In this document: positions 1-9,392 of the stretch, piece by piece
Position numbering within the stretch: position 1 is the first letter of the stretch
Layout of the letters: each line of letters starts with the position of its first letter
Made by a program: the position numbers and the translations under genes
Notes under the pieces: generated by a model
What the model was told of the DNA's origin: nothing
Databases searched by the model: none
What the model saw: only the letters and a program-made list of their open reading frames with translations
Origin: Phycisphaera mikurensis NBRC 102666
GTDB lineage: Bacteria; Planctomycetota; Phycisphaerae; Phycisphaerales; Phycisphaeraceae
Assembly: GCF_000284115.1 (NCBI RefSeq)
Contig: NC_017080.1
Coordinates: forward strand, 870,001 to 902,000
Reading direction: 5' to 3'
DNA length: 32,000 bases

Positions 1-3000
1 ACCGCGATCCAGAACGCCGCCGAGGTGAGCTTCACCAGCCTGCCCGGCGACGGCACCGACGCCGGCACCGGGGGCAACGGCACCGGATTGGCGGCGGGCA
101 CGCCGGGCGGGACCCAGGGCGAGCGGACCGGCGCCGGCGGCGTGAACGACCACGTCGACACGGACGCGGATCTCGGCACCACGGCCTCCCCCACCATCGA
201 CCTGCTGGCGCCCGCCACCGCCGCGGCCTCCGTCGGCGACGAGGTGACCTGGGAGGCCCGGGTCACGCTGCCCGAGGGGCGGACCCGGAGCTTCAGCGCG
301 AGCTTCGACGTTCCCGACGGCCTGGCCGTGACCGGCTGGCGCATCGTGCCCGGCGGCTTCGCCGGCACGCTGCCCACCCCCACCCAGACCTCCGGCGGAG
401 CCAGCGGGGAGGACCTGACGCTCTCCTTCGGCGACCTCACCAACCCCGCCGACGGCGGCGGCGGCAACGACGGCTTCCGCATCGAGTTCGACACCGTCGT
501 GGTCGACGAGGCCGCCAACGCCGACGGCGCCCGCCGCACGCTGCTCGCCAATCTGGACTTTGTCGACGGGCAGGACGACGCCAGGGACGACCGGGACGCC
601 ACGGCGGAGAGCGTGACGGTGGTCGAACCGGATCTCTCGGTCGCCACCGCCGCGTCGGGCGGGGCCACCGCGAGCGACCCGGTCACCTTCGTGACCACGG
701 TCGTGCACACGCCCGGCAGCTCCGCCACGGCCTACGACCTCTCCTTCGCCGACGCCGCCCCGGCCGGCTTCGTGGTCACCGGGATCGCCGGGGTGGCGGC
801 CGCTCCGGGCACCACGCTCCCCGCCGGGCTCAACGCGGCCTCGTTCGAGGTCGCTCCCGATGGGCGGTCCGTCCGCCTGGTCGCCGGCGTCGCCGAGGCG
901 CTGGACCTGCCGCTGGGCACCGGCTTCGAGCTCACCTGGACCGCGTCCGCGACGGCCGAGGCCCTCGCCGGCGCTGCCTATGCGAACGACGCGCAGCTCG
1001 CCTGGACGAGCACCGACGGCGAGCCGGGGGCCGGCGAGCCGGGCGAGCGCGACGGCAGCGACGGCGTCGGGTCGGCCCCCGCCTACCAGCAGGACGCCAG
1101 CGGCCTGGTGGTGGTGGAGGCGGAGCGGTACCACGGCAGCAGCGACGGCAGGGATTCGATGTGGTCCGTCATCGACGCGGGCGGCGGCGCCACCGCCGTG
1201 CGCGCCGATCCCAACGCGGGGCTCAACACCGACACCGACCTCGCCTCGCTGTCGCCCCGGCTGGATTACCGCGTGGAGTTCGACCGCAGCGGCACGCACT
1301 ACGTGTGGGTCCGGATGCGGGCCGATCCCGACTTCCCCGGCGGCAACGACAGCCTCCACATCGGCCTCGACGGGGCGAGGATCGCGTCCTCGGACCGGAT
1401 CTCCGCGAGCAACCAGACCGAGTTCATCTGGACTCGGAACACGATGGACAGCGCGGAGACCCGGGCCCACATCGACGGCATCACCGCCGGTGAGCACACG
1501 CTGAACCTGTGGATGCGCGAGGACGGCGTGGAGGTGGACCGGATCCTGCTCACCGACGACGGGTCCTTCACGCCGGGCTCGGGCGTGGGACCCCCGGCGA
1601 GCGCCGGCGGCCCCGACGGCACGACCGACCGCTACGCGGCGGAGGCTTCGGCCGAGCGGACGCTTCCGGCGGACCTCAGCCTCACCAAGCGCTTCCACGG
1701 CGACCCCGCCGCCGGCGGCACCATCGACTCGGCCGCGATCGGCGACACGGTCACCGTCGAGCTGGTGCTGGACCTCTCCGAGGGCACCACCTCCGGCGTG
1801 TCCATCGCCGAGCGGATCCCCGCGGGCCTCCGCCTCGTGGACGGCAGCCTGCGGCTGCTCTTCGACGCCGGCGTCTCCGCGCCCGACGCGGCCGACGCGT
1901 TCAGCGTCGCGGCCAACGGCGTGGACCACACGCTGTCGCTGGGGGACGTCGTCGTCGAGCCCGACGGCGGCTCGGGCAACGACCGCGTCACCATCCGCTA
2001 CGAGGCGGTCGTCGAGAACGCCGCGGCCACCACGGCGGCCACCTTCTTTCGGGAAGCCGCGACGGCGTCCGCCACCGCCGGCGGCGGCGTCAGCGACAGC
2101 GGGGTCGATCGCCTCGACGTCGACGAGGCCGACCTGACGCTTGCGTCGTCGGTGATCGGCACCTCCCGGCCGGACGGCGACACCGACGCCATCGAGGCCG
2201 GCGACACCGTCACCTACCGCGCAGAGGTCGCGCACGCCGCCACCAGCGAGGCGGGCGCCTTCGACCTGACGCTCACCGACGCCGCGGCCGACGGCCTGCT
2301 GATCACGGCCCTTGACGCGGTAAGCGGCAGTTCCGGATTGACCGCCGCCGACTTCGAGATCGTCGACGCCGGCGGGAACGCCGTGACCGACGGCAGCGGC
2401 GGGGTGGGGATCCGCCTTCTGCCCGGCCGCGACCTCGCCGAGGGCCAGACGCTGCGGGTCGACTACGTCGCCACCGCGCAGGCGGGCGTCTCCGCCGGCG
2501 CTGCCCTCGCCACCGACCTGCGGCTGACCTTCACCTCCACCGACGGCTCGAACGCCGACGAGCGGAACGGGTCGGCGTCGCCCGGCTTCAACGACCACTT
2601 CCGCGCCGCCAGCGCCTCCGCCACGGCGGGCGACGCCTTCGAGCTGACCAAGGCCGTGGCCGACGCCGGCGGCGACGGCGGGGCCGCGGTCGGCGAGACG
2701 CTGACCTACACGCTGACGCTGGAGCTCTTCGAGGGCACGACCGACGGCGTCCAGATCGCGGACGTCCTCCCCGGAGGCGTCCGCATCCTCGACGGCACCG
2801 TCGCCGTCGCCTTCGGCACGCCGGGCACGACGACGAGCAACACGATCCCCGCGACGGTCGTCCCCAGCGGGCAGGACCTGCTCTTCGACCTCGGCACGGT
2901 CGTCGTCCCCGGCGACGGCAGCGGGAGCAACAACACCGTCACGATCACCTACGACGCGGTCGTGGAGAACGCCGCTTCGAACCACCGGGACGCCACGCTC

Positions 3001-6000
3001 GCCTCCGGCGCCACCGCATCGGCGACGCCCGCGGCCGGCGACCTCGCCGCCACCGCGACGCCCGCGTCCATCGACGTCGACGAGGCGGACCTGACGCTGC
3101 AGACCGCCATCGTCGGAACCTCCCGCCCCGGTGACGCGACGGCCGGCATCGAGGCCGGGGACACCCTCACGTACCGCACCTCCGTCGCCCATGCGCCCGG
3201 CAGCGAAGCCGCGGCGTACGACCTGCTGCTCCGCGACGACGCCGCGGAGGGCCTGCGGATCACCTCCATCGACCGCGTGCTCGGCGCATCGGGCCTCGCC
3301 GCCGGCGACTTCCGGATCGTCGACGCCGCGGGCGACCCGGTGGCGCCCGGCGTCGGCGGCGTCGCGATCGAGCTGCTGCCCGGCCGCGACCTCGGGCTGG
3401 CGGAGTCCTTTGAGGTGGAGTACACGGCGACGGCGCAGGCCGACCTCGCCGCGGGCGCCACCCTCGCCAGCGACGCGCGGCTGACCTTCACCTCCACCGA
3501 CGGGCCCAACGCCGACGAGCGGGACGGATCCGGCGACTCCGCCGAGGACGACTTCGTCCGCTCCGCGGCGGTCGCGGCGTCCGCCGGCGACCGCCTGGAG
3601 CTCACCAAGACCGTGTCCGAGCCCTCGGGCAACGGCGGGGCGGAGATCGGCGAGACGCTGACGTACACGCTCCGCCTCGCGCTCATCGAGGGCGTCACCG
3701 AGGCGGTCACGATCGCCGAGCGCCTGCCCGACGGCGTGACGCTCGTGCCCGGGAGCGTCGCCGTCACCGGCGGCACGGCCGGGACCACCTTCGGCAACCC
3801 CGACGCCGCGACCGACTTCGTCCAGACCGGCCGGGACCTCGCCTTCACCCTGGGCGACGTCGCGATCCCCGCCGACGCCTCGGCGACCAACGCGACGGTG
3901 ACGCTGACCTACGACGTCACGGTCGACAACGCGGCGGGGCTCCAGCGGGGCACGCCGCTCGCCTCGGCGGCGACCGCCTCCGGCGGCGGCCCGGGCGTGG
4001 CCGACAGCACCGACGACGCCGCGCTCGCGGTGGCCGAGCCCGAGCTGACGGTGGCCACGGCCATCGACGGCACCAGCCGCCCCGGCGGCGCGACGAGCGG
4101 GCTCGAAGCGGGCGACACCGTGCGGTACGCGACGACCCTCGAGCACGCCGGAGGCAGCGACGCGACCGGCCACGATGCGATCCTGGTGATCCGCGCCGCG
4201 CCGGGGACCTCGTTCACCTCGCTGGCGGACGTGACGATCGGCGGCTCCAACGCCCTGGGCCTGACGGCCGCGGACTTCGAGCTCTTCGACGCCGGCGGCG
4301 GGCCGGACACCGGCCTGCGGCTGATCGACCCCGGCGGCGCGGACCTGGGCGTCGGCGAGCGGCTCGAGATCGGGTACACGGCGGTCGTCGGCGTCGGCGT
4401 GGAGCAGAACGCGCAGCTCGACGCGATCGCCACGGCGGCGTGGAGCTCCCTGGACGGAGCCGTACCCGGCGAGCGGGACGGCGGCGACGGCGTGGGTGGC
4501 CCGCTCGACGATTACGCGGCAACCGCCACGGGCTCCGTCGAGAGCGGGCAGTCGCTGGCGGTCGTCTCCAGCGTGTCCACCCCCGCCGGCGACGGCTCGG
4601 CGACCGTCGGCGAGGTGGTGACCTACGCCTTCGCGGTGGAGGTGCCCGAGGGCACCACCGAGGCCGTCGTGCTCGACCTGGTGCTCCCCGCCGCGGTGCA
4701 GCCCGTGCTCGACGACGCGGCCCGCCCGCCGGCGCTGGCCGCCGCCGCCGGCAACGCCGGCATCGCGTCGGGCTTCGCGGGGGTCGCCTCCTTCACCGAC
4801 CTCGGCGGCGGCCGCTACCGCGTGGACCTCGGCGACGTGGTCAACCCCGACAACGGCGTCGACGGCGACGAGACCGTCACGCTGACCTTCGACGCCCGCG
4901 TGCTCGACCGGCCGGCCAACGCCAACGGGGCGCTGCCCAACGCGACCGCCTCGGTGGCCACGACCTCCGGCGGCGGGCTCACGGCCACCGACCCGCAAGC
5001 CTCCTTCCGCGTCGACGAGCCGGAGCTGGGCCTGACCAAGACGGTCGACAACGCCACGCCGCGGCTGGGCGAGACGGTGACCTTCACCCTCGACACCGCG
5101 CACCTCGACGCCTCCACCGCCACCGCGCACGACCTGGTGATCACCGACGCGATGCCCCCGGGGCTGACCCTGGACGCGGGCAGCGTGGTGGTGCGGGTCG
5201 ACGGCGTCGCCTTCCCCGCGGGCGTGGTCGCCGGCAACGGCCCCGGCGACGCCTCCGTCCGCGTCGACCTCTCCTCCCTCCCCGAGGGGGTGGCGGTCCG
5301 CGTCACCTACGCGGCGGTGGTCACCTCCGACCCCGCGGCCTTCGGCGACACGCTCGACGCCCCCGCCGGCCTGGCCTGGGACTCCCTCGCCGCCGACGAC
5401 GGCGGCACCGACTCGGAGGACCGCGACGGCTTCGTCACCGACACGACCGACGCGCCGACCGTCATCTCCGGTGCCGACCTCGTCGTCAGCGTCGACGACG
5501 GCGCCGCGGACCGCGTGCCCGGCGAGACGTTCTCGTACGCCGTCCGCGTCGAGAACCCGGCGCTCCCGCACGGGCTCGCCGCCCGCGGCGTGGTGGTGAC
5601 CGCGGTGGTGCCCGAAGGCCTCACCTTCATCGGGACCACCGGGGCCGGGTCGGACTGGGCCGCGTACGACGCGGCGACCCGCACCCTCACCTCCACCGCC
5701 CGCGGCATCGCCACGGGCGCGGCGGACACGCTGGCGGTGGACGTCCGCGTCGACAACGCCGCGGCCTCGGGCCTGGAGAGCTTCACGCTCGGAGCCAGCG
5801 CGACGCAGCAGGACCTCGAGCCCACCCCCGCCGACAACGCGGCGAGCGACACGGACACCCTCCGCGCCGCCCCCGACTACGCCGTCGAGGTGACCGACTC
5901 GGTCGCTCCCGGCGAAGCCCTCGAGCCCGGCGACACGATCCGCTACGGCGTCGTCGCCTCCAACGTCGGCAACCAGGACGGCACCGACGTCGTCGTCACG

Positions 6001-7452
6001 CTCCGGCTCGACCCCGCGGCGATCGAGGACGTCCAGCCCTCCGGCAACGGCGTCTACGACCCCGCCACCGGCGTGGTGACCTGGACGCTCCCGACCCTCG
6101 CCGCCGAGGGCCCCGGCGCGACGCCGGCCCCCGGCAGCAGCGCCGCCTTCACCGTGGACGCCACCGTCCGCGGGGACCTCTCCGCGACGATCGTGAGCTT
6201 CACCGGCGACGCGGCGATCGCCGACGACGGCGGCGACGGGGCGGATCCCGACGCAAGCAACAACGGCTCCGCCGGCGTGCCGGTCGCGCTGGAGGCGGTG
6301 CCGAACCTGGGCGTGACGATCAGCGACGGCCTCGACGGCGCCTCGCCCGGCGACGAGACCGCCTACGTGGTGACGCTGAGCAACGCCGGCCCCGGGCAGG
6401 AGGCGGTGAACGCGGTGGTGGAGGTGACCCTCCCCGAGTCGGTGCTCCGCGTCACCACCGTCGGGACCGGCCCGGACGCGGTGGACGTGGCGGCGATCGC
6501 CGACCCCGCCACCGGCGTCGCGACCTTCTCGGGCATCGCCCGCACGGCCGACGGCGTGGAGGTGCCCTACACCGCCACGCTGACGCCGGCGTCGGCCTCG
6601 GCCGAGCCGGGCAGCGGCAACGCGACGCTCCGCTACGCCTTCGCCTCGGTGCCGGTGGGCGTGGTCCTCCCGCTGGTCCACAACACGGAGCTGCTCGACC
6701 CGCCGCCCTCGGGCGTGCGGTCGTACGCCAGCTCGGTGACGGTCGCCGACGACGGGACCAACGGCCTCGAGCGGGACCTCCGCAACAACACCGCGACCGA
6801 CGCGAACAGCCTCGACGTCTTCGTTTTCGACTCCGGAACGGACGCCCGCCCCGGCGGCTCGGGCTCGGGCTTCTCCGCCGGGCCGCGGGCCTACGGCGTG
6901 GCGGCGGGCTTCGACGACGGCTTCCGCAGCTTCGCCTCGTCCGACCGGGCGCCCGACCCGGTCTACAGCGGCAACGCCGCGCCGGGCGCCTCGGTCAGCG
7001 TCGACCTCTACGACGACCAGGGCAACCGCATCGGCAGCCGGAGCGTCACCGCCGACGCGGCCGGGAGCTGGTCGCTCTCGCTGCCCTCGGCGATCATCCA
7101 CAGCGAGAACCGCGTGGAGGCGCCCCCCGTCTTCGCCGAGGCCCGCAACTTCGGCTACGGGCACCGGCTCTTCGACGACCGCCTGTCTTCGCTGGGGTAC
7201 GACGTCGCCGGCGGCGGCAACACGGTGGGCACGCTGCTGGGGCCGGGCTCCTTCACCGCGGTGGTCGGCAGCCAGGCGGGGACGCTCGGCGGCGGGCTCG
7301 ACGGCGAGACGCCGATCACCGGCTTCACGCCGGCGACCGGCCAGCGGGCCTTCGTCACCGGTGCCCTGAACGTCCCCGCGGTGTTCGCGGACGCGGCGGG
7401 CCCGAGTGTGGCCGCCGCGGCGGAGGCGGCGAGGCGCCCGCTGGCGGGCTGA
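1..7452 (+). CDS. Giant repetitive cell-surface adhesin-like protein with DUF11 / conserved-repeat-domain modules; 5' end lies outside the window
   Basis: The frame is open from nt 1 (no stop before the track start at 25). The track ORF is 2475 aa with a stop at 7450-7452. At least 7 DUF11-like modules are visible (e.g. LGLTKTVDNATPRLGETVTFTL..., ADLVVSVDDGAADRVPGETFSYAVRVEN..., PNLGVTISDGLDGASPGDETAYVVTLSNAG...). An L.[FW]TS.DG....ER[DN]GS motif recurs at module ends. A Big-like segment sits near the C-terminus (VYSGNAAPGASVSVDLYDDQGNRIGSRSVTADAAGSWSL). Confidence 0.85.
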   Translation, partial: TAIQNAAEVSFTSLPGDGTDAGTGGNGTGLAAGTPGGTQGERTGAGGVNDHVDTDADLGTTASPTIDLLAPATAAASVGDEVTWEARVTLPEGRTRSFSASFDVPDGLAVTGWRIVPGGFAGTLPTPTQTSGGASGEDLTLSFGDLTNPADGGGGNDGFRIEFDTVVVDEAANADGARRTLLANLDFVDGQDDARDDRDATAESVTVVEPDLSVATAASGGATASDPVTFVTTVVHTPGSSATAYDLSFADAAPAGFVVTGIAGVAAAPGTTLPAGLNAASFEVAPDGRSVRLVAGVAEALDLPLGTGFELTWTASATAEALAGAAYANDAQLAWTSTDGEPGAGEPGERDGSDGVGSAPAYQQDASGLVVVEAERYHGSSDGRDSMWSVIDAGGGATAVRADPNAGLNTDTDLASLSPRLDYRVEFDRSGTHYVWVRMRADPDFPGGNDSLHIGLDGARIASSDRISASNQTEFIWTRNTMDSAETRAHIDGITAGEHTLNLWMREDGVEVDRILLTDDGSFTPGSGVGPPASAGGPDGTTDRYAAEASAERTLPADLSLTKRFHGDPAAGGTIDSAAIGDTVTVELVLDLSEGTTSGVSIAERIPAGLRLVDGSLRLLFDAGVSAPDAADAFSVAANGVDHTLSLGDVVVEPDGGSGNDRVTIRYEAVVENAAATTAATFFREAATASATAGGGVSDSGVDRLDVDEADLTLASSVIGTSRPDGDTDAIEAGDTVTYRAEVAHAATSEAGAFDLTLTDAAADGLLITALDAVSGSSGLTAADFEIVDAGGNAVTDGSGGVGIRLLPGRDLAEGQTLRVDYVATAQAGVSAGAALATDLRLTFTSTDGSNADERNGSASPGFNDHFRAASASATAGDAFELTKAVADAGGDGGAAVGETLTYTLTLELFEGTTDGVQIADVLPGGVRILDGTVAVAFGTPGTTTSNTIPATVVPSGQDLLFDLGTVVVPGDGSGSNNTVTITYDAVVENAASNHRDATLASGATASATPAAGDLAATATPASIDVDEADLTLQTAIVGTSRPGDATAGIEAGDTLTYRTSVAHAPGSEAAAYDLLLRDDAAEGLRITSIDRVLGASGLAAGDFRIVDAAGDPVAPGVGGVAIELLPGRDLGLAESFEVEYTATAQADLAAGATLASDARLTFTSTDGPNADERDGSGDSAEDDFVRSAAVAASAGDRLELTKTVSEPSGNGGAEIGETLTYTLRLALIEGVTEAVTIAERLPDGVTLVPGSVAVTGGTAGTTFGNPDAATDFVQTGRDLAFTLGDVAIPADASATNATVTLTYDVTVDNAAGLQRGTPLASAATASGGGPGVADSTDDAALAVAEPELTVATAIDGTSRPGGATSGLEAGDTVRYATTLEHAGGSDATGHDAILVIRAAPGTSFTSLADVTIGGSNALGLTAADFELFDAGGGPDTGLRLIDPGGADLGVGERLEIGYTAVVGVGVEQNAQLDAIATAAWSSLDGAVPGERDGGDGVGGPLDDYAATATGSVESGQSLAVVSSVSTPAGDGSATVGEVVTYAFAVEVPEGTTEAVVLDLVLPAAVQPVLDDAARPPALAAAAGNAGIASGFAGVASFTDLGGGRYRVDLGDVVNPDNGVDGDETVTLTFDARVLDRPANANGALPNATASVATTSGGGLTATDPQASFRVDEPELGLTKTVDNATPRLGETVTFTLDTAHLDASTATAHDLVITDAMPPGLTLDAGSVVVRVDGVAFPAGVVAGNGPGDASVRVDLSSLPEGVAVRVTYAAVVTSDPAAFGDTLDAPAGLAWDSLAADDGGTDSEDRDGFVTDTTDAPTVISGADLVVSVDDGAADRVPGETFSYAVRVENPALPHGLAARGVVVTAVVPEGLTFIGTTGAGSDWAAYDAATRTLTSTARGIATGAADTLAVDVRVDNAAASGLESFTLGASATQQDLEPTPADNAASDTDTLRAAPDYAVEVTDSVAPGEALEPGDTIRYGVVASNVGNQDGTDVVVTLRLDPAAIEDVQPSGNGVYDPATGVVTWTLPTLAAEGPGATPAPGSSAAFTVDATVRGDLSATIVSFTGDAAIADDGGDGADPDASNNGSAGVPVALEAVPNLGVTISDGLDGASPGDETAYVVTLSNAGPGQEAVNAVVEVTLPESVLRVTTVGTGPDAVDVAAIADPATGVATFSGIARTADGVEVPYTATLTPASASAEPGSGNATLRYAFASVPVGVVLPLVHNTELLDPPPSGVRSYASSVTVADDGTNGLERDLRNNTATDANSLDVFVFDSGTDARPGGSGSGFSAGPRAYGVAAGFDDGFRSFASSDRAPDPVYSGNAAPGASVSVDLYDDQGNRIGSRSVTADAAGSWSLSLPSAIIHSENRVEAPPVFAEARNFGYGHRLFDDRLSSLGYDVAGGGNTVGTLLGPGSFTAVVGSQAGTLGGGLDGETPITGFTPATGQRAFVTGALNVPAVFADAAGPSVAAAAEAARRPLAG
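1105..1575 (+). other. Lectin / carbohydrate-binding-module-like beta-sandwich domain embedded in the adhesin
   Basis: The segment is LVVVEAERYHG...WSVIDAGGGATAVRADPNAG...LDYRVEFDRSGTHYVWVRMRA...GNDSLHIGLDG...FIWTRN...ITAGEHTLNLWMREDGVEVDRILLTDDGSFTP. The pattern (VEAE..., G.Y.VW.R, NDS, REDG..DRI.LT) resembles CBM/ConA-like sugar-binding modules. Family assignment is by pattern only. Confidence 0.5.
1672..4551 (+). repeat. Three in-frame tandem two-domain modules of about 957-963 nt (about 320 aa) inside the adhesin gene
   Basis: The LTK anchors (acc aag) lie at 1684, 2647 and 3604, giving periods of 963 and 957 nt. The VDEADLTL anchors lie at 2116 and 3073, with a diverged AEPELTV near 4030. 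The modules align along their whole length at protein level (e.g. GETLTYTLTLELFEGTTDGVQIADVLPGGV vs GETLTYTLRLALIEGVTEAVTIAERLPDGV). Confidence 0.8.
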
Positions 7453-7453
7453 T

Positions 7454-7501
7454 CCCGCGGACCGCGGCCGTTTCCGGCCGGAACCGTCTGCGGTCCGCGG
7501 G
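7454..7501 (+). terminator. Terminator-like hairpin (CCCGCGGACCGC / GCGGTCCGCGGG) 2 nt after the adhesin stop codon
   Basis: A perfect 12-bp inverted repeat spans 7454-7465 / 7490-7501. The 24-nt loop contains a nested GTTTCCGG/CCGGAAC pairing. The 3' arm is partly duplicated at 7502-7510. No U-tract follows. Confidence 0.4.
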
Positions 7502-7604
7502 GTCCGCGGGGTCGCCGGCGGCGGCTCCGATAAGGGCCGCGGCAACGCCGGCTCCGGCCGGACGCCGGGACGGCCGATGACGCCGGTCGCCGGAACCGCC
7601 CGCC

Positions 7605-9392
7605 ATGACCCAGACCGCCACCGCCACCTCGCCCCCCGCCGCGACGGCGGCTGCGCCGGCCCTGCGGCTGACGCGGGGACAGGCCCAGCCGGGTCCGGAC
7701 GAGTGCTTCGCCCGCCTCCGGAGCTTCCGCGGGCCCACGGAGGCCTTCCTCGCCGAGCTGCTCGGGCTGCAGGCGGCGCTGGCCGGCGCCGTGGCCGGGT
7801 GGGTCTTCGCGGCGGGATCGGCCGAGCCGCTGGCGGCGACGGGGGCGGTGGACGCGGCCTCCACCGCGCGGGCGGCGGCGCTGGCTGCGGGCGAGGCTTC
7901 CCCGCCGGGCCCGTTCCGTCTGCAGCCGCTGGCCGGGCCCGAGGGCCCGGTGACGGTGCTCCGCCTCCCGGTCCCGGTCGCGGCGGGGGCCGACGCCGTC
8001 ACCCGCGAGCGGCTCGCGCTCACCGCGACGCTCTACGGCCTGCACGAGCAGCGGCTCGCCGCCGAGCGGGCGGGCGCCGGCCTGGCGGTCGCGGCGATCG
8101 CGGCGGTGGCCGGGGAAGAGGCGTCCTTCGAGGCGGGGGCGCTCGCGCTGGCGGCGGCGCTGGTGGACCGGCTGGGACCCGGTGCCCAGGCGGCGGCGGT
8201 GGGCTGGCCCGGCCGCGGCGGGCGGGTCCGGGTGGCGGCGATCGCGCCGCTCACCGACGCCGACGCCGGCACGTCCGCCCACCAGGCGCTGGCGGCGGCG
8301 CTCGCGGAGGCGAGCCGGTCTCCGCTGCCGCACACGGACCCCGCGGCCGCCCTCGCGGCGGAGGCGCTGGGCACGCCCGCCGCCGCCGCCGTCGCGGCCC
8401 GGCCCGGGGAGCCCGCGGCCGGGCCGGTGCTGCTGCTGGGCTTCGACCCCGCCCGGCTGGATCCGGGGCTGGCGGCGGCGCGGCTGGCCGCCGTCGCCGC
8501 CGCCGCCCGGGGCCCGCTGGCGTTGCTGGCGCGGGCCGATCGGCCGCTCGCGGGGCGCCTGCCCGAGGCTCTCGCCCGCGTGGCGGTCCGCGGAGGCGTC
8601 GGCCGGCGCGTGGTCGCGGCGGCGCTGGCCGTGGCGCTGGGGGCGGTCGCGCTGGTCCCGGTGCCGGCGACGGTGCGGGCGGGCTTCACCGCGGAGGCCG
8701 ACGGTGCCCGCACCGTGGCGGCCGCGGCCGAGGGCCAGCTCGCCTCGGTCGCGGTGATGCCCGGCGACGCGGTGCGCGCCGGGGTCACCGTGCTCGGGAC
8801 GCTCGCCACCGACGAGCTGCGGCTGGAGCGGGCCACCCTCCTCGCCGAGCGGAGCACCCACCGGCGCGAGGCTGACGACACGCGCGGCCACGACCCGACG
8901 GCCTCCCGCCTCGCGGAGCTGGAGGTCGAACGGCTCGACGCCGCGATTGCGCTCGCCGACCACCGCATCGCCGCGGCCCGGCTGGTCTCGCCGATCTCCG
9001 GGGTCGTGACCTCCCCGGACCTGCACCCGCGGATCGGCACGCCGGTCACGCGGGGGGAGACGCTCTTCGAGGTTGCCGACCCCGCGCGCCTGACCGCCGC
9101 GGTGGCCGTCCCCGAGGCGGTGGCGCACCGGGTGCGGGTGGGGGCCCGCGGCCGGCTGCGGCCGGCGTCGCACCCCGGGGTCTCGCTACCGGTCACCGTG
9201 ACGCGCCTCAGCCCCCGGGGCGAAGCCACCGCGGCCGGCACCGTGTTCCGCGTGGAGGTCGCCTTCGACCGCGTTCCCGGCTGGCTGAAGGAGGGTTCGC
9301 GGGGGCAGGCCCGGATCGACGCCGGCCACGCCCCGCTCCTGGGGCAGTGGGTGGGTCCGACGCTGGACGCGCTGCGGCTGCACATGCCATGA
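7605..9392 (+). CDS. HlyD-family periplasmic adaptor (membrane fusion protein) with a cytoplasmic N-terminal extension of about 330 aa (possibly GAF-like)
   Basis: 595-aa ORF with high GC3. A single TM segment is visible (RRVVAAALAVALGAVALVPVP). It is followed by MFP hallmarks: GQLASVAVMPGDAVRAGVTVLGTL, a coiled-coil stretch, LVSPISGVVTS, GTPVTRGETLFEVADPARL, and a beta-barrel tail ending GSRGQARIDAG. Its stop overlaps the next start (ATGA at 9389-9392). Confidence 0.75.
   Translation: MTQTATATSPPAATAAAPALRLTRGQAQPGPDECFARLRSFRGPTEAFLAELLGLQAALAGAVAGWVFAAGSAEPLAATGAVDAASTARAAALAAGEASPPGPFRLQPLAGPEGPVTVLRLPVPVAAGADAVTRERLALTATLYGLHEQRLAAERAGAGLAVAAIAAVAGEEASFEAGALALAAALVDRLGPGAQAAAVGWPGRGGRVRVAAIAPLTDADAGTSAHQALAAALAEASRSPLPHTDPAAALAAEALGTPAAAAVAARPGEPAAGPVLLLGFDPARLDPGLAAARLAAVAAAARGPLALLARADRPLAGRLPEALARVAVRGGVGRRVVAAALAVALGAVALVPVPATVRAGFTAEADGARTVAAAAEGQLASVAVMPGDAVRAGVTVLGTLATDELRLERATLLAERSTHRREADDTRGHDPTASRLAELEVERLDAAIALADHRIAAARLVSPISGVVTSPDLHPRIGTPVTRGETLFEVADPARLTAAVAVPEAVAHRVRVGARGRLRPASHPGVSLPVTVTRLSPRGEATAAGTVFRVEVAFDRVPGWLKEGSRGQARIDAGHAPLLGQWVGPTLDALRLHMP

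Noticed and set aside
7420-7452. C-terminal sorting or secretion signal on the adhesin (PEP-CTERM, LPXTG, RTX/T1SS, T9SS CTD).
   Set aside because: The last roughly 60 residues (…AAGPSVAAAAEAARRPLAG) contain no TM helix, no sortase or exosortase motif and no Gly/Asp nonapeptide repeats that I can recognise.
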